64,000 nt of DNA from Gnetum montanum (Eukaryota > Plantae > Gnetophyta), in assembly GCA_015680685.1 (NCBI GenBank), contig MNCI01003028.1:4093-68092 (forward strand). The letters run 5' to 3'. Numbering within the stretch: position 1 is the first letter of the stretch; every line of letters begins with the position of its first letter. A program made the translations under genes and the position numbers. Of this stretch, positions 1 to 14,400 are shown in pieces. The notes beneath the pieces are model-generated. The model was not told the origin of the DNA. It saw only the letters and a list, made by a program, of their open reading frames with translations, and ran no database searches.

Positions 1-1418
1 AAATAAACTCAGTAGTTAATGTGAGTATGTGTGTGTGCTGTTGAGGCGTGCGGTTGTGAGAAATGTAACGATTGTGTTGTGTGTAAACTACAAATGACTT
101 ACTTTAAAGAGATTTAGCCAACTTTGCCAAATGTTGTGAGTTGTTGAAAATTTCCTATTTTGTTCAACTACCTAGTCTACGCAGTCCTTATAATACCTAC
201 TTGTAAAAAATAAAATTTTGCAAAAACATTTGAGCACAACTCCGCAATCTACTCCTAATTTTCCCTAGAGAAAGAGATAGTTCCACAAGAAAACTAGAAA
301 TAGAGCAAGATTCGATGGAAATAAGCAGAAAAGAAAAGAAAGCAGATTTGTGTAAACCTCAAATATTTAAACAAGGTAAAATGTCACGAGTAAAAACTTC
401 GCAATAAAGCTATCCCAAATTCAATATCTACGAATTGTTCAAACTTCCAAGGCTCAAACAAGCAATTTCTTCAAGACAATCCTACTACGCTATCAAAAAT
501 TACTGCGTAAACTACCACGTACGAGACTCCATTTTGACTAGATAATAGATGTCAACGATTGCATTCAAACATAACCTTTAAACAACTTGACAATTTCTAA
601 TTGAAATACCACGAGAATTCACTTTAAAGATAAAAAGAAGCTATTCTGGTCCCATCAAAATACCAAAGATTTTCTGAACCCTCTCGACTACTGAATTGTT
701 CAACAGTGTGACTACAAATAAAGACTCTCTTACAACAATCCCAATAGCAGTTCCCACACATTGCACAATAATGAAATTTACTACTAAAATGCTCTTAAGG
801 CTTTTAAACACAAGCGCTTCTATGGCAAAATTTTAATAGAAATTTCTATCGGGCAACAAGAACAGTAAGAGCAATCTAAAAATCCCAAAATTACTTGCCA
901 AGGATGATACTATCTAAACCACTAGCTAAACAATTTAAACAAAATAAAAAATAAAATGCATAACTCACAGGACCATGACAAAGAGGCTGAAATCTTTCCT
1001 TTAGCAAGCCATCTTACAAGCAATCGTCTTTACAAATCTTCTTTGCAAATGCTCTTCTCAAGACCCCAAAGTGTCTTCAAGTGAGAGCCTAAGTGCTAAC
1101 TAGTAGCCTTCCAAAGTGTGATGTATGAGACCTCCCAAAAGTCTCTTCTCCAAAAGTTTTTTCCCCCCAAAAAATTATCCTCAAAAAATTATCCTCCTTT
1201 CCCAAGTCCTCATGAAGCCTTTTTATAAGGTTTACAAGGTAGGTAGGGAAGTTACATATTCAAAAATATCTCACCTAACTTCTCTCCCAAGTAACTTGGC
1301 CAACCAATTAGGAGATTACTTGCCCAACAAGTTAGGAGGTTACTTGCCCATTTAATTAGGAGGGAGTTATATAGTTAGGAAGTTATTCATAAAGTTAGGA
1401 GGAATTAATATTTGTACA
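1..1418 (-). mobile_element. LTR retrotransposon fragment (LTR, possibly with adjacent internal sequence), continuing off the window start
   Basis: Minus strand starts TGTACAAATATT at 1418, followed by ~24-bp TTAGGAGGTTACTTGCCCA-type repeats (1270-1400) and a TATA box CCTTATAAAAAGG (~1218-1230). No coding domain seen. Confidence 0.55.
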
Positions 1419-1529
1419 TATTATAAATATTGCCTTTGTAAGTAATTTATTTAAATAAATCTAAAATCCCTAATCTAGTTTAATTTAATTAAAATTCTAA
1501 ATACTAAGTGTCATTAAGCTCTATATTTT

Positions 1530-2540
1530 TTCATAAAAAATATAATATAATATCCACCTTATTGGTGGTAGCGGTAGTTAATTTATCCTTTCTACATCTT
1601 CGATAATTGAAATTAAAATTTGGGATGGCCTGAAATATGAGCCTGAAGGTGAAGGCACCGATCCTGCAACTGCCCGCAACTGATTTAAAATATCTTCTTC
1701 GGCCAAAAATCGTTACCAGCAACTGCCATCATAGGAGAAGACTCAGCCACTGTGTTAGGAAACGTCGTTGTGTGTTCCGTAAGGATCTACAACTGTTGTA
1801 ACCTCTGCCTCTCGAAAATGCCCTGCAGGTTTTGATGATTATATGATTTAATCCTTGCTTCGTAGATTTTCACTGCCTTCCGTCTGTGATAACTGGTAAA
1901 CTATCTGGCTTTCAAAGTTTTCTTCCAACATTTGGTGCATATTCTTCAAGCAATGTCCACTAGGGTTTTAAAGGCATTTGCTGTTATTGTGGATGAAAAC
2001 CCAAATTTGTTCATCGCGCGAAATAGGCATCGATTCTTTTGAAATCCACAAGTGTCTCTGCTGAAATTGATGATATGCCCGCTGCATTCTGCCCTAAACT
2101 AGCCTCAGTTCTGTCTGCACAACCTGCACGCGATTGTTGCCTGAAACCCCCTTTAACTTGGCTCAATGGTAAAAGAAGGGCCTCCCATGCGCTCCATGAA
2201 CTCGAGTTTGGCATCTGGCTAGTCGGCAACATAAATCCAGCCAATGCGTGGGCGCAATCCTGAACAACAAGCCAATGGATTTGCCCAAAAACCACGACAT
2301 TTAGTTCTATTTTTCTAATTTTCAATTTTTTCTCTGACAGCGTTAATAATGGGCCTTTGGACTTACGGGAATTTGGGTTCGTCTACAATACAGAAACCTT
2401 TACATCCTTTGATAATTTTAAATTTGTGGGATTCAAAACCTATTGGTAGTCCGTTAGGTCCTTCACTTGCTTCCAACTCTTAGCTGATTTTTGATAATCC
2501 ATTACCCACGATGTTGTCTATTTTGCCAATATTAACAGGG
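1530..2540. other. CpG-retaining island of unknown function (pseudogene fragment or regulatory region)
   Basis: Many CG dinucleotides compared with the depleted flanks; telo-box (CTAGGGTTT ~1960) and TGGGCC (~2350); only short, interrupted minus-strand reading frames. Confidence 0.3.
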
Positions 2541-2763
2541 AGTATGCTTTCTTGTGGTAAATAATCACCTCCTTTTTTTTATTCTAATCTTCACTCAAGA
2601 AAATAACTCGGCATTTTAATTTTACTTTTCAAGAAGGCTTCAACATTAAGATTATTTACCATTAGCTTGCTTCTCCAAGAATACCCATCAACTCACAATA
2701 CTAAACTGCAAATTTACAACCAGGGATTGTGCTAATTTTGAACAAAATATTCCAACTATTCCA

Positions 2764-5579
2764 TGTAATGGCCAAATGTGCCAACAATAAGCCTAACATT
2801 TCAAAACCATTTTTTCATATTTGGCATTTAATTTTTATGGAAATGACACAATTTTTGATTTATCAAGGAAAGAGGCTATGATTTGCATATGTGTGTTGGA
2901 TGATACTCTAGGGCAACATACATATTAAGCATATTTTCTAGGTTTTCTTTCCAATTTCTATTGTGAACCTTATTGAACCCTTGTGTCTCAAGCAAGGGTT
3001 TTTTTGAGGTGATGACAATTTATTATTATGTAATTCTTGGAGATTTATTTGATAGGTAGATTTATTAGATCTAAAATTTTTTCATCTAATTATAATATGA
3101 TGGTCAATTTGATTTTTTATATGGATTTCTAATTTGATATATGATTTTCCTCTATGTATGACATAGAATAGCATTTTTTGTTATCAATCTCTTGATGTAA
3201 TTTTGATCTTATCCTATGTTTAACACATGGATAAATATGATGTATGAACTTTATTTTTTTCTTTTATGAAATGATGTATGAGGGTTATGTCTAATTTCAG
3301 TATTGATTTGATTTTGGTCAGATGGGTTTTTTCCTCTTTTGTTGATGATGTAAGATACAACTTTCTTGTTATGCTCCTATATTGCATAGTATTGCCCATT
3401 TTAGTAGTGATGAATGATCATTCCAATGTTAAATTTGCTAAACTTTATGTTGTGACATATTTTTTGACTACCATGAGTTCATTGTAAATCATAGTTTATT
3501 ATTGCAAACATTTTGCAAGTTACAAATAATATTAATTCATAAAATTCCAATGCACCATGATTCATGATGAAATTGTAGTTGGTTCAATACAAGCTCATTA
3601 AGTATTGTAATTACTATAAAGTTCGAATATTGGAGTTGGCACCTAAAATGAATTGTAGTGGTTCAGCAATGATAATTCTATAAGTCATGGCCAGTCTACT
3701 ACTAGTCATAATTTCATGAGTTATAATCTAGTCATGCTTAATACTACAATATTTTTCAAGGATCACAATCAACTTACATTGTCTAGAAGAATAGGTAATC
3801 ATGAGCCATGTTTATGTCATGGTTTGTTATAGAAACATTGGATTAAGATGATGTGAAGATTAATGTGTTAGTTTCATAGACCAACAAAGTGAAAGATGGT
3901 TGCATGTACTATTTGAATGCATAAAAGAGTGATGGACTACTAGATGACATGGTGAATGGAAAACTTGTTAGAAGAATTTTGGATATGAGAAGATATGGCA
4001 GCTATCCAACTAATGAGTTATAGGTTTTGTTTTAAAGATGATAGAGCTATGTATATATGTGAACAAGCTGGTCATAAAATGTTTTATGTGGAGACTCATC
4101 CATCACAAAATGTGATAATTGATATAACATTATATCAATTTTATTCAATGCTTGTATTGTTATGATGTGATGTTGAAAACTATTAATTAGATATAATGAT
4201 GAGTTCTGATGGAGGTAGCATCAAGGGAAAGACAAGTTATGACTAGAAAATCTAGAGTTTATTATCAAATTCATCCCATCATATGTGGTAGGAGAGGCTC
4301 TTATCCAAGCTCCAACCTAAGGTAGAGAAAGATTATATAACAACATGGTCTAGTCTTTAATAGGCTTAAAACTCCATATGTTCAATGGTTCTACAATGTC
4401 ATAGCTAGGATGATAATACCAAATAATATGATAGGTGGGTTTTATAACAATGTAGACTATATCCTATATGATGAAATATAAAATTTATAAGTTTTATAGA
4501 CAAGCTTTTGGATGAATAATGATCTAAATTTTAATAAATTTCAAGTACATATGTTAGTTGGTTTTACATGATACACCAAGATGAGTGCTAGTCTCCAAAG
4601 ATTATGATTGTTTAGTGGTAGTGGATTGAAAGGTCATGTTATTATGCATTTTGGTTTGCAAGTATGATTTCTTATATGCATGTATTATTATGTTGTGAAA
4701 AGTACATACTCATGCTTGATGGATACAACTCTATTGTTCTTATTTTTAATTTAAATGTGAGGTGTAATAATAGGTCCCTACTCAATCAATGTACTAACTA
4801 TCTTGTTATTTAAAGGTCAAGCTAGTGGATCTAATACCTAAGAGGATTAGAATTATAATTTTCAATATTTGTGCAAGATGTTGATATTTATGGATTTAGG
4901 ACATGTACTATCTATACAATATCTCTCTCCTTTGTTATCAATGTGGCATGAACTATATTTATTACATTACGCTAGATTATGATTTGATTATGTTGGATAG
5001 GGATTGGTTTTTAGTTATGTATGTTCTATCATTATTATTTTTTTGGCTTACAAGTTGGAAGTCTCATGCTTAATAATTTTTTTTAAGAATTGCTATCTTA
5101 TTTTGATAATGTTTCATGGGCATGTAGGCTTGTGTGATTATAAGTGATTATAATAGTGTACATGTTAGGTTTCTTGTCTTCCAAAGGCTATTGTTAACTT
5201 TATATGTAATATATTATGAATCATTTATTTTCTACTCTTTAGAACCTATTTATTTTATATGCAAATGTTTGGTAAATTTTTTGATTTATTTTATACATAT
5301 GTAAGTCGTTTTAATTTTAGGAACCACCACTTCGAGGAATGATAAGGTGCTTATTTTTCAAGTCATAAGACCTAGGTTCAAGCCTAGTGCAACCACTCAA
5401 AATAAGTTAAGCTTTCATTCATTCACTAACCCTTTTAGGATCCTATCTTAGTAGGATGAGCATTGAGCCTCTAGGTGATGATCCTTTTACATGTTTTTAA
5501 AATTTAATTTTTGGCCTTGGTTTTATGTTATCTTTCATATAGCAGCTTCTAGTATAGTGTAAGTTAGGGGGCTATTACA
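2764..5579 (+). mobile_element. Possible highly decayed long LTR relic
   Basis: Begins TGTAATGGCC and ends GGCTATTACA (9/10 inverted terminal match); TG-rich, CpG-depleted body. No TSD (ttcca vs gtgtt) and no clear PBS. Confidence 0.3.
5322..5500 (+). mobile_element. tRNA-derived SINE, copy 1 (decayed)
   Basis: tgataaggtgcttatttttcaagtcataagacctaGGTTCAAGCC: B-box and a tRNA-Gly(TCC)-like head. Aligns by eye with the reverse complement of 10356-10480. Confidence 0.6.
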
Positions 5580-6249
5580 GTGTTCAAAAATTAATTTGAA
5601 GCTAGATGTGAGAAAATGATATTGAAAAATTTCTAATTTTTCAGTACCATGGACATCATGTCTAAAGTTGATCTTATAGTACAAATGCATAGAACTTCAA
5701 AATCTATAACTTTGGCCTTTTTAAAATTTCATCCTTAAAATAGCAAAAGGATTGGGGATTGAATAAAATAGAAGTTTTACAAAGTTTACATGGAAAATTT
5801 TATTAATGGTTAATCAATCTTAAGTATTTCTTATAATTTTTTTGTAGTCTAAATATTTTTAGCAAAGAATGATCTAAAGATACAAAATACTAATGTCACT
5901 CAAAATGTAGAGACTATGAAGAATTCCAAAGTTTTTAACTTTTTACTTGATTATTTATATGAATCCTTATTAAAATATATCACTTCATGATACATATTTC
6001 TATAAATTATTAGATTTGTTTGCCTAAATAAGGGTTTTACACTAGTGATTCAAGCCATCCTTGAATGCTATGGAATTAATGTTTTGCATGCCAATTATTT
6101 TTCCAAATATTTTTTTTTTCAAATTGTTCAATTATGAAATGATTAAGCAATCATTGAATCTAAAATTTTTATGAATTAGCATAATTTATTTCTTGGGAAT
6201 GGAAAGTGGATTTTGACTTCTATTCTTCTAATCACTCTAAAATTCCTTG

Positions 6250-9200
6250 TTAGATTGAATTAGAAAATATTCCTTTATTTTTGAAAGTATTGAAAGTAAA
6301 ATTATTGGGAGTATTAGAACAATATTGAGGAAAAAGTCAAAAACATGACTAGATGGTGTGCAACACACATGGTATTTTGTAGATATTGATTTACAATAAA
6401 AAAAGACATAATCAAAAGTTAAGTTGGTAATTAGTGCTTTTTCCAAAAAAATTACACATTATAATTTTCAAGGATGTTGTAGCTATTGTTTTCATAAAAG
6501 CCATGTTATTAGAATTTGTCCTATTCTCAATAAAAAAACGTTATTCATGAGGAAAAGAGAAAAATTTTTAGAAAAGGAAAATAATGGTAGTTTCAATAAG
6601 CATAAATGAAATCATCTTTAATAAGTTCTCAACCTTTTACTAATCCTTTTAATTCTAAAGGTGTCAATAAACACTTGATATCTAAAGAGAATTCCTCTTT
6701 AGAAAAAAAAATTCAGTAAGGAATAACAATGAAAATACTGATATAGATGAATTTCACTTAGTGTAATATAAAAAGAATAGACATGTAGATACTACTTTCA
6801 ATTTAAAAATCCCAAAGGTATCTCATTTTCATTTTAGTTCTATTGCTATTTTAAATGTATTTTTATTGAATAATGCTTTTTCAAACATGGATTGTGAGAT
6901 AAATGCTAAACTTGAAAAATCAATGATATGGAACTCTTCCCCTACAACTCAATGTTAGATTTATCATAGAATGTTTTGGGCCTTTCTAATAGCTCCTAAG
7001 AAAAGATTATCAACTTGATAGATTTTACATCTCTAATGTTTTCTTTGGGAAGCCTACAAGTAGAAGTATATACTAATGTTACTCTATTAGATCATTTTCT
7101 TATTAGCATTTTTCTTTATAGAAATAATTCTTCATCTTTTTGAAAGCATGAGCTTTTTCATTTAAATGCTAATATGTTCATAGAACTTAGTGATAAAAAT
7201 ATTTTGAAGTTTTTATGGAATGTAGAAAAAATCATACTAGTGATATTGGTTGGACTGACTGGTGGTAGCAAACTACTTGTAGAATTAGAAATTATACTAG
7301 ATGGTTTGGAAAGCAGTTTTGTAAGTGTGAGAATCAAGTTAAAAAAGGTCTTGTAGAATCTATAAAGTAAATACAAATTTTTGAAGACCAAAATCCCTTT
7401 AATTTTGAAACTCAAAAAGGCTTGGCTAAAACTCGATATGTTAAAAAATTTTGAAATACTTTTGAAGATAAAAATGCTCTCACTAAAAGTCTAATGGGTT
7501 GGCTAAAAATTGAAGATGAATCTTGTAAAAACATTTAAAAATTTCTAAAAAGGTGGGTCATGTATCTAAATTAGAAGCACTTTATATAAATGGTTCCATC
7601 ATTAAGGATCCTTAGAATATTAATAGTTTTTTAGTAAATAATTTTTCATTTATTTATGCTTTTGAAGGTTTTAGCATGAAATCCTTCTAGGCCTCTAATA
7701 CACATATTTCTAATCTTATAACAAAAGTGTATTGGAAATATTCTTGAAGAATAAATTATAGTAGAAGAAATTGAAACAACAACCTTTATTTTAGTCAATG
7801 GTAAAGCTCTAGGTGTTGAAGGTTTTCCTATTGAATGTTTTAAGAAATATTAGGACATTGTTGGAGATGATCTCTTTCATGTCTTCTAAGAAGCCATGAA
7901 AATAATTTCTTTTGGTAAAAATATTAATAAAGTTGTGATTTATCTTCTTCCTAAGAATAGAGATCTTCAACATATTGGTAATTGAAGACCTATTACTCTT
8001 CTTAATAATACTTCTAAAATTTTAGCTAAATACATGGCTTATTGAATTCAAAAAGATTATTGAAGATATCATAAGACCTAAGCAAACTAGTTTTTTTTAA
8101 AAGTAAACATATCTTAAAAAATATTATTGTAGCTTGTAAGAGAATCCAGTAGGTTTTAAATAGTAACTAAGACATTGTTTTTATTAAGTTAGATTATGTC
8201 AAAGCTTGTGATAAGATTGAAAGATTTTTTATCTCTATAAACTAGAATTTAGTAATTATTTTATGTCTTGTTCGGAACCTACTCATTGATGATAATGTTC
8301 AAGTTGTTACTAATTTTTGATTACATTCCTTCTTTTCTCTTCAAAATTTAGTACATAAAGGTTGTCCTCTAGCTTCCTATCTTTTTAATATTCCTACAAA
8401 TTTTCTTTCACCTAATCTACATTATGATCTACAAAGGAATTTCATTAAGGGAATTTCAATTGCTGATCAAGGTATGCAATTTCTTAATATGCACTTTGCA
8501 AATGATTTTTTATGATAAAAAATTCTCTACAACATATCAATTCTCTTTTAGCTAAAGTGGAGGATTATTGCATGTTATCTCGCTCTTAGATCAACTAGCA
8601 AAAGTCTATTATTTATCGTATTAGTAATATTGATGAGTGGATTTCTCTCAAGGCTTGCAAAATCTTGAAAAAAGATATCTCCAAAATTTTAGAAAAACCT
8701 TTTCTTTTTTAGCCTAATCTTACTATTTTTTGAAATTATCTAGTTGATAAAATTGATAAGAAGCTTGATAAAGAAAAGGAAAAATCTCACCCTTACTTGA
8801 AAAGTTTTAGTTATTAAGCAAATGCTTCAATCAACTCATATTTTTTACTCTAGTTGTTGGGCTTCTTCTAAAACTTCTTATAATAGAATTAATCCTATTA
8901 TCCATTGGTTTCTTTTGTCTAGTAAGTAACATAAAAAAGGTTTTTCTAGAGTTGCTTGAGATATTTAAATTAGTAGCAAGAAAAATGGAGGACTTGGCCT
9001 TATTAATCATTATAACCAAGGTGTTTCTTTTGCAATAAAATGGATTGAAAAATTCATTAGTTAAGATTATGTTAGGATGCTCTCTTTAGGATATAGAATT
9101 ATGCATGAAAAACCTAAGAATGATATAATTAGTCTTCTAATAACTTTCTTCAATTTCTTTTTCCACATGCTATTTTTATTCCTAGTTCTCCAATTCTTAA

Positions 9201-10172
9201 TCAAATTTGGAAATGGTTCAAACTTAGTAAATATTAGAATTACAATCATATTGTAGTTTCAAAATATATGCTTTAAAAAATTAGCATATGGTGGCTTCCT
9301 TTTAATGAAGGATCTTAGGCTCTTAATGCATCTAGATTGTGTACCACTTAGAGTAGATTTGGTATCACTGCAATTTTTGATCTATGTATACATTATAGAT
9401 GGATTATAGGAAATGAAGCTTTGAGCCTCTATGGTTTTAATAGAAAAAAGGAAAAATAATTTTAAAAAATTAATTTCTAATCTTAAGAATTTATTTAAAG
9501 TTGATAATAATTTGCATTAGGATTTTCTAGATATTTTTCAAAAGGACGATCGATATTTTTTTCTTTTTAATTCAAAAGTTTCTTATGAGATTATTGTGAA
9601 GAATGATTTTATTCATAGTAAATTCAATAAGACATGGAAAATACAATTATCATTGCTCTTTTGGATAAGGAAAACGAAATTTATTTGGAGAGCTCCTACA
9701 TTTCCTAAAATTCATATTTTTTTAACAGTGTCTTATTCATCAAGGTCTTCCTATCAACACCCATCTTAAACATATCAGAAATGTTTCTCCAAAATATCCT
9801 CTTTGTAAAAGTAAAGACTTAGTTTTTTTCATATTCTTTGTAGTGTCTTATTGTTCATCATACTTGGAAATGGATATCCAAATTTTTTAACTTTGAACCA
9901 AGTATTAATGAAGTCATTTATGGTAATCAACTTGCTTTGTCTACTTCATTTTTTTGCATTTGAAATTATCTTCAACCACTTATTATCTGCTCTACTTGAA
10001 AGCTTTGACGTGTAGTTATTTTCCAATAGCAAGAGTATAACTATGACCTTTCTTTAGGGATCAAATACTATATTCTTAAAAATGTATCTTTTTAGCTACA
10101 ACTTCAAGCAAAAAAGTTTCTAGTGAAGGATAAATAATTAACTTGTTTTCTATAATATTAATTTTTTTAAAA
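6250..10172 (+). mobile_element. Decayed L1-clade LINE ORF2 (RT and C-terminal Zn-finger; endonuclease region barely legible)
   Basis: Relic translations: NGKALGVEGFPIECFKKY*DIVGDDL (~7797), N*RPITLLN..SKILAK (~7980), KLDYVKACDKIE (~8186), KGCPLASYLF (~8358), HFAND (~8492, FADD equivalent), and HQGLP..PLC..HI..C zf-RVT-like (~9740-9850). Boundaries approximate; the right end runs into the gap. Confidence 0.85.
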
Positions 10173-10355
10173 NNNNNNNNNNNNNNNNNNNNNNNNNNNN
10201 NNNNNNNNNNNNNNNNNNNNNNNNNNNNNNNNNNNNNNNNNNNNNNNNNNNNNNNNNNNNNNNNNNNNNNNNNNNNNNNNNNNNNNNNNNNNNNNNNNNN
10301 NNNNNNNNNNNNNNNNNNNNNNNNNNNNNNNNNNNNNNNNNNNNNNNNNNNNNNN
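10173..10355. other. Assembly gap (183 N)
   Basis: Run of N. Confidence 1.
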
Positions 10356-10480
10356 CATCCTACTACGAGGGATCTTAGAAGGCTTGTCAGATAAGTGAAA
10401 CCCTAACCTCTTCGAGCGGTTGTACGCAGGCTTAAACCCATATCTACCAACTTAAAAAACAAGTAACTTACTAATAGATA
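10356..10480 (-). mobile_element. tRNA-derived SINE, copy 2 (3' end lost in the gap)
   Basis: Reverse complement ...gggtttaagcctgcgtacaaccgctcgaagaggttagggtttcac...gatccctcgtagtaggatg matches 5372-5458. Confidence 0.6.
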
Positions 10481-11406
10481 ACTTAAGTGGTTAGTTCATT
10501 ATCTTGTTAGTCAAGAGGTTTCTAGTTTAAGTCACACTTGAGACATCATTATATTCCTCTATACTTTCTCTAATGTATCATGTTATCTATATATCTTGGG
10601 GTGTAATTATAGTTAAACTATTTTAGGTTCTAACAATACCCCTAAAAAATCTATAACTATACATTTTTTTATCCATGGAAAATGCATCCTTTTATCATTT
10701 TCTAGCAATGATTTTTTAGTTTGGAAGATAGAATAGTTAGAATTTTTAGACTTCCTATTGAAAAACAACATAGGATATGTACTTAAACAACTATTTGAAA
10801 GTCTAATTATCACTAGTCATACAATATATAATATAACTAACCAATTAAAGTAATAAAAATATAAGCTGCTCTACAACATCGTTGTTCTTGACATGTTTTC
10901 AAGTATCACCTTAGTCTATTGAGTAATTTTAAATATTGGGATAGGACTTAAAAAGAGTACATCTCAATGCTCACCAAGCATGAAACACATGCCAACAAAA
11001 AACTTATCAAAGTCCTAAGGTTGGTTATAAAACTCAAGCAATGTATAAAACTTGTATATTGTGATATATTCAAAATAAGCTAGTTAGTCGCTCCCTTGTT
11101 CCACTTACATGGACACCATAGGGACTACTAGGTGAACCCTCTAGATTCATCATCACATGCTAGTAGTTGGTGTCATGTTGTTATAAGCCCATGCAATTTT
11201 CCATAGCACATCCCATCTTGTATCCAAGCCTAAACCCCAACATAGAGTTGAACTGTGAAACCCTCCCATGAAAAATCCTATTAAGTAAGACACAGAGAAA
11301 GGTCGTAGCTCTCCTCAACTAATGTGTAAAAGTGCCATGCTAATATGGTTCTAAAAACATAAGGAGTGAGTGAGTCCTTTGATCCCCATGGCCTCCAAAC
11401 TCTGGA

Positions 11407-14400
11407 TGTAATAACATTGCTCTAGTAAAGCATCATCCTTGATTCCAAAATTAACTAGACAACCTAGAGTAGACACAAGATGAACTATGCCTAAATAGTC
11501 ATAGCACCTACATACACAAAATAAGCATACATCATCCATTAATCCATGGGTTAGGAGTGTATCAAGTATGCCACATGAAATCATACAAGCAACATGACCA
11601 ACATAACACATACAAGAATGACCACAACAAGTACATACAACAATAAGAAATACCAATCTTCTATAAGTGCTAAGGTACATTCTAACTCTAATGTATATAG
11701 TCTTAATCTCTACTGTTAAAGAGAAGAGTGACAACTTGAAATCAAAGTTGAAGCTCCCATGCAAGCATATATATTCTTGTGATGAGGTATATAAAGAAAT
11801 CAAGGCCAATGTAGATCTTTAATAATTGTTATGATAGCATGGAATCTGTGAGGATCTCCACACTCTTCTAATTCTTGTCCTGAAGGAAAATAACCTTCAA
11901 TCTATCAACAAGACATGTTTTTCTAGACTCTCCTTTACTTAAACGAAGTGACATCTATAGAGCTTAAGTATTTGTCTATACACCCTTTCAAACATGGAGA
12001 ACATAATAAATGTTAAGGATATTGAACAACTCTACTCATTTGACAATTATAGATAAGAAGATTTAATGGCCAGGGAAATCCATTGTAAAGCACAAATATT
12101 AAATTCAATTTGACATCCAACTAAGGCTTAGAGATGATTACGTAATCTAGATTAAGGAAGAAAAGGCTTGCTATTTTTCATGTAAACTATACCAACCTTT
12201 TTCCTTGAAGTGAGTCTCACTTTATATGCAAATATTTTCCTACAATTGTAGTGTTACAGAGGTGTATTTTTCTAGAATCCTATTCTTCCTACCTAAAAAT
12301 GCATTATCAATCCTATAATTTCTACTCAAAGATGTAGTTACAATATTGTGCTTATTTCTTGAAGACATAGTCCAATTCTGTGCTTTCTACTAATAGAGAA
12401 AATCACAATCCCATGCTTCCTATTCAGATCTGTAGTCAAAATCTTATGCTTCTTGCTTAAAGACATAGTCACAATCTTATGCTTTCTACTCAAAGACGCA
12501 ACTAGGATCCTATGCTCCCTACTTGAAGATGTAGTTAAGAACATATACCACTAGTCCATAGTCAGCATCAAAAACATGTACTCCACCACCATTCACTCAT
12601 AGGTGTACGCCTTCTTTTACTTTCTCTCTATCTAGAATCAATTCATGAAGGATGTAGTCATATTAGGCTAACCATGTTCTAATCCTCTTAACATTTGTTG
12701 CCCTTTTTGAATACTAGATCATTCAACTTTTCCTAAGGTGGTAAAGCCTTCATATACCTACTAGAAGGAGTTCAAAACTCTCATAACTTACTCATCATCA
12801 TCCCCGTTAGAGATCATCAATTGATCATGAGGTTAATGCACAACCGAATTCAACCTATGATTATTATTTAGTCTATTACCATCACTTATAACTTGAATAT
12901 TTTGAGATCATTCTCAAGCATAATGTTTTCTACCACATAGGTAGCATCTTAAGCCTTGATGCCTTAGAGGATATTAATAGAACCCTCCAAAAGATGGTCA
13001 TTTTTTGCACAAATCTTGCTATTCTTGGGAAGCTTGACATTTTCCATGACTCTAGAATAAGTTTTATTTACTTAGGGCTAGCTCAACATAAGAGTCTTTG
13101 AATCCACCTAAACTCACCTACCCATCACCTCTACAAGATTTATTACTCTCTTTTGTGCTCTCAAGTAGCTACTCCATAGTACCCTTATCCTTATTTCCCA
13201 CCTTGTAATCATACAAAGTGGTAGCAACTTATATGAATTTTTTGAAACTTGTGATTTTAAGAGTTTTAAGCTCATGTTGGACCCAAAGTTTGAGGTCATT
13301 GAGAAATAGTTTGTGATTGGTGTTCTCATTGGGTTTTGAAATTTCAATGCTGATATTTTGGTATTCTTGAATATACTCTTCTAGATCCCCTATGTGTCAG
13401 ATGTCCTTTAGCTTCACCTAGGCTTTGTCAATGGGATTACCTAGATGAAATTTCTCAATCTCATTGAATTGGTCCCATGTTCTAATAATTCTACTTGTTC
13501 CATCCTTTTCTTCCTAAAGCATGTCAAGCCATAAGATTTTTTCTATTCCACCCAAGAATTGGATAGCAAAACAAGCTTGTCATTTAGTGGCACATTCATA
13601 CATCTTTTAGAAATCTTTTGTTTTAAATAGAAAGGTATCTATCATAGTAGCATCTCTATTGCCCTCATAGATTTTTGGTTCCTTAGCTTGGAACTTGGAG
13701 ACTGATTGACTTGGCCCTGATGTTAGTACCCTTTCTTGCATGGTTAGCTGATTTGCAATTCCAATCTTAAAATATAATTTTTTAAAGATCTTAATCTTAT
13801 TTTGTTAACCTTCATACAAAGCTTGTTTAATTTCTAGCAATAATTGAAGTTCCTAATTTTAATCCTAGAGCTCTTAGTTTGCAAGCTGGAGATCATCAAC
13901 AACATTCCTAGGTAGCTTCACCTAGTTCCTTAGCACAAAGTTTTGAGTTAGGGGATGTTTATGTTTTGTGCTAGAATCCAACTCTAGAAGGAATGGAGCC
14001 TCCATCAAATTCACCAGCTCATGGATCATACAAGCTTTCTCAACTATGGGTAGCCTATGCATGATGATGTTCTCTACTTGCAACAAACAACTCCATAATT
14101 CTTGTATCTTTTTAGATGATTCGTCAATATCTCTCTCACTAGTCATCTCAACATCTTCATTTTCATGTACATCCTCATACATATTTACATCATTATGCAC
14201 CTTCTTATGTACATGACTATCATCTCCAAATGGTACATTATGAGGACTGGGACTAAGGCAAGTATTCTCAAGTTTTTAGCCTCCTTTGCTCTTATTTTAT
14301 GCACTAGGGTAGCTCACAAGTCATGAACAATAAATTACAATTAAAAATGATGTACCCAAAATCTCCACCAGCTTTGAAAAACAAACCTAGGCTTTGATAT

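Noticed and set aside
2068-2145. Possible C/D box snoRNA (TGATGA...CTGA)
   Set aside because: No terminal stem and no recognisable rRNA guide; such boxes occur by chance.
5330-5400. tRNA-Gly gene
   Set aside because: The cloverleaf is not intact and it continues into a shared non-tRNA tail; treated as a SINE.
10143-10394. ORFs spanning poly-X
   Set aside because: Artifacts of the assembly gap.
10860-11406. Further TE-like sequence left of the 11407 LTR
   Set aside because: CpG-depleted and probably TE-derived, but no diagnostic motif or boundary could be identified.
11351-11809. 152-aa Cys-rich ORF and its homolog at 14500..14739
   Set aside because: Both lie in the TG-rich strand of the LTR repeats; the similarity reflects LTR duplication, not a gene family.
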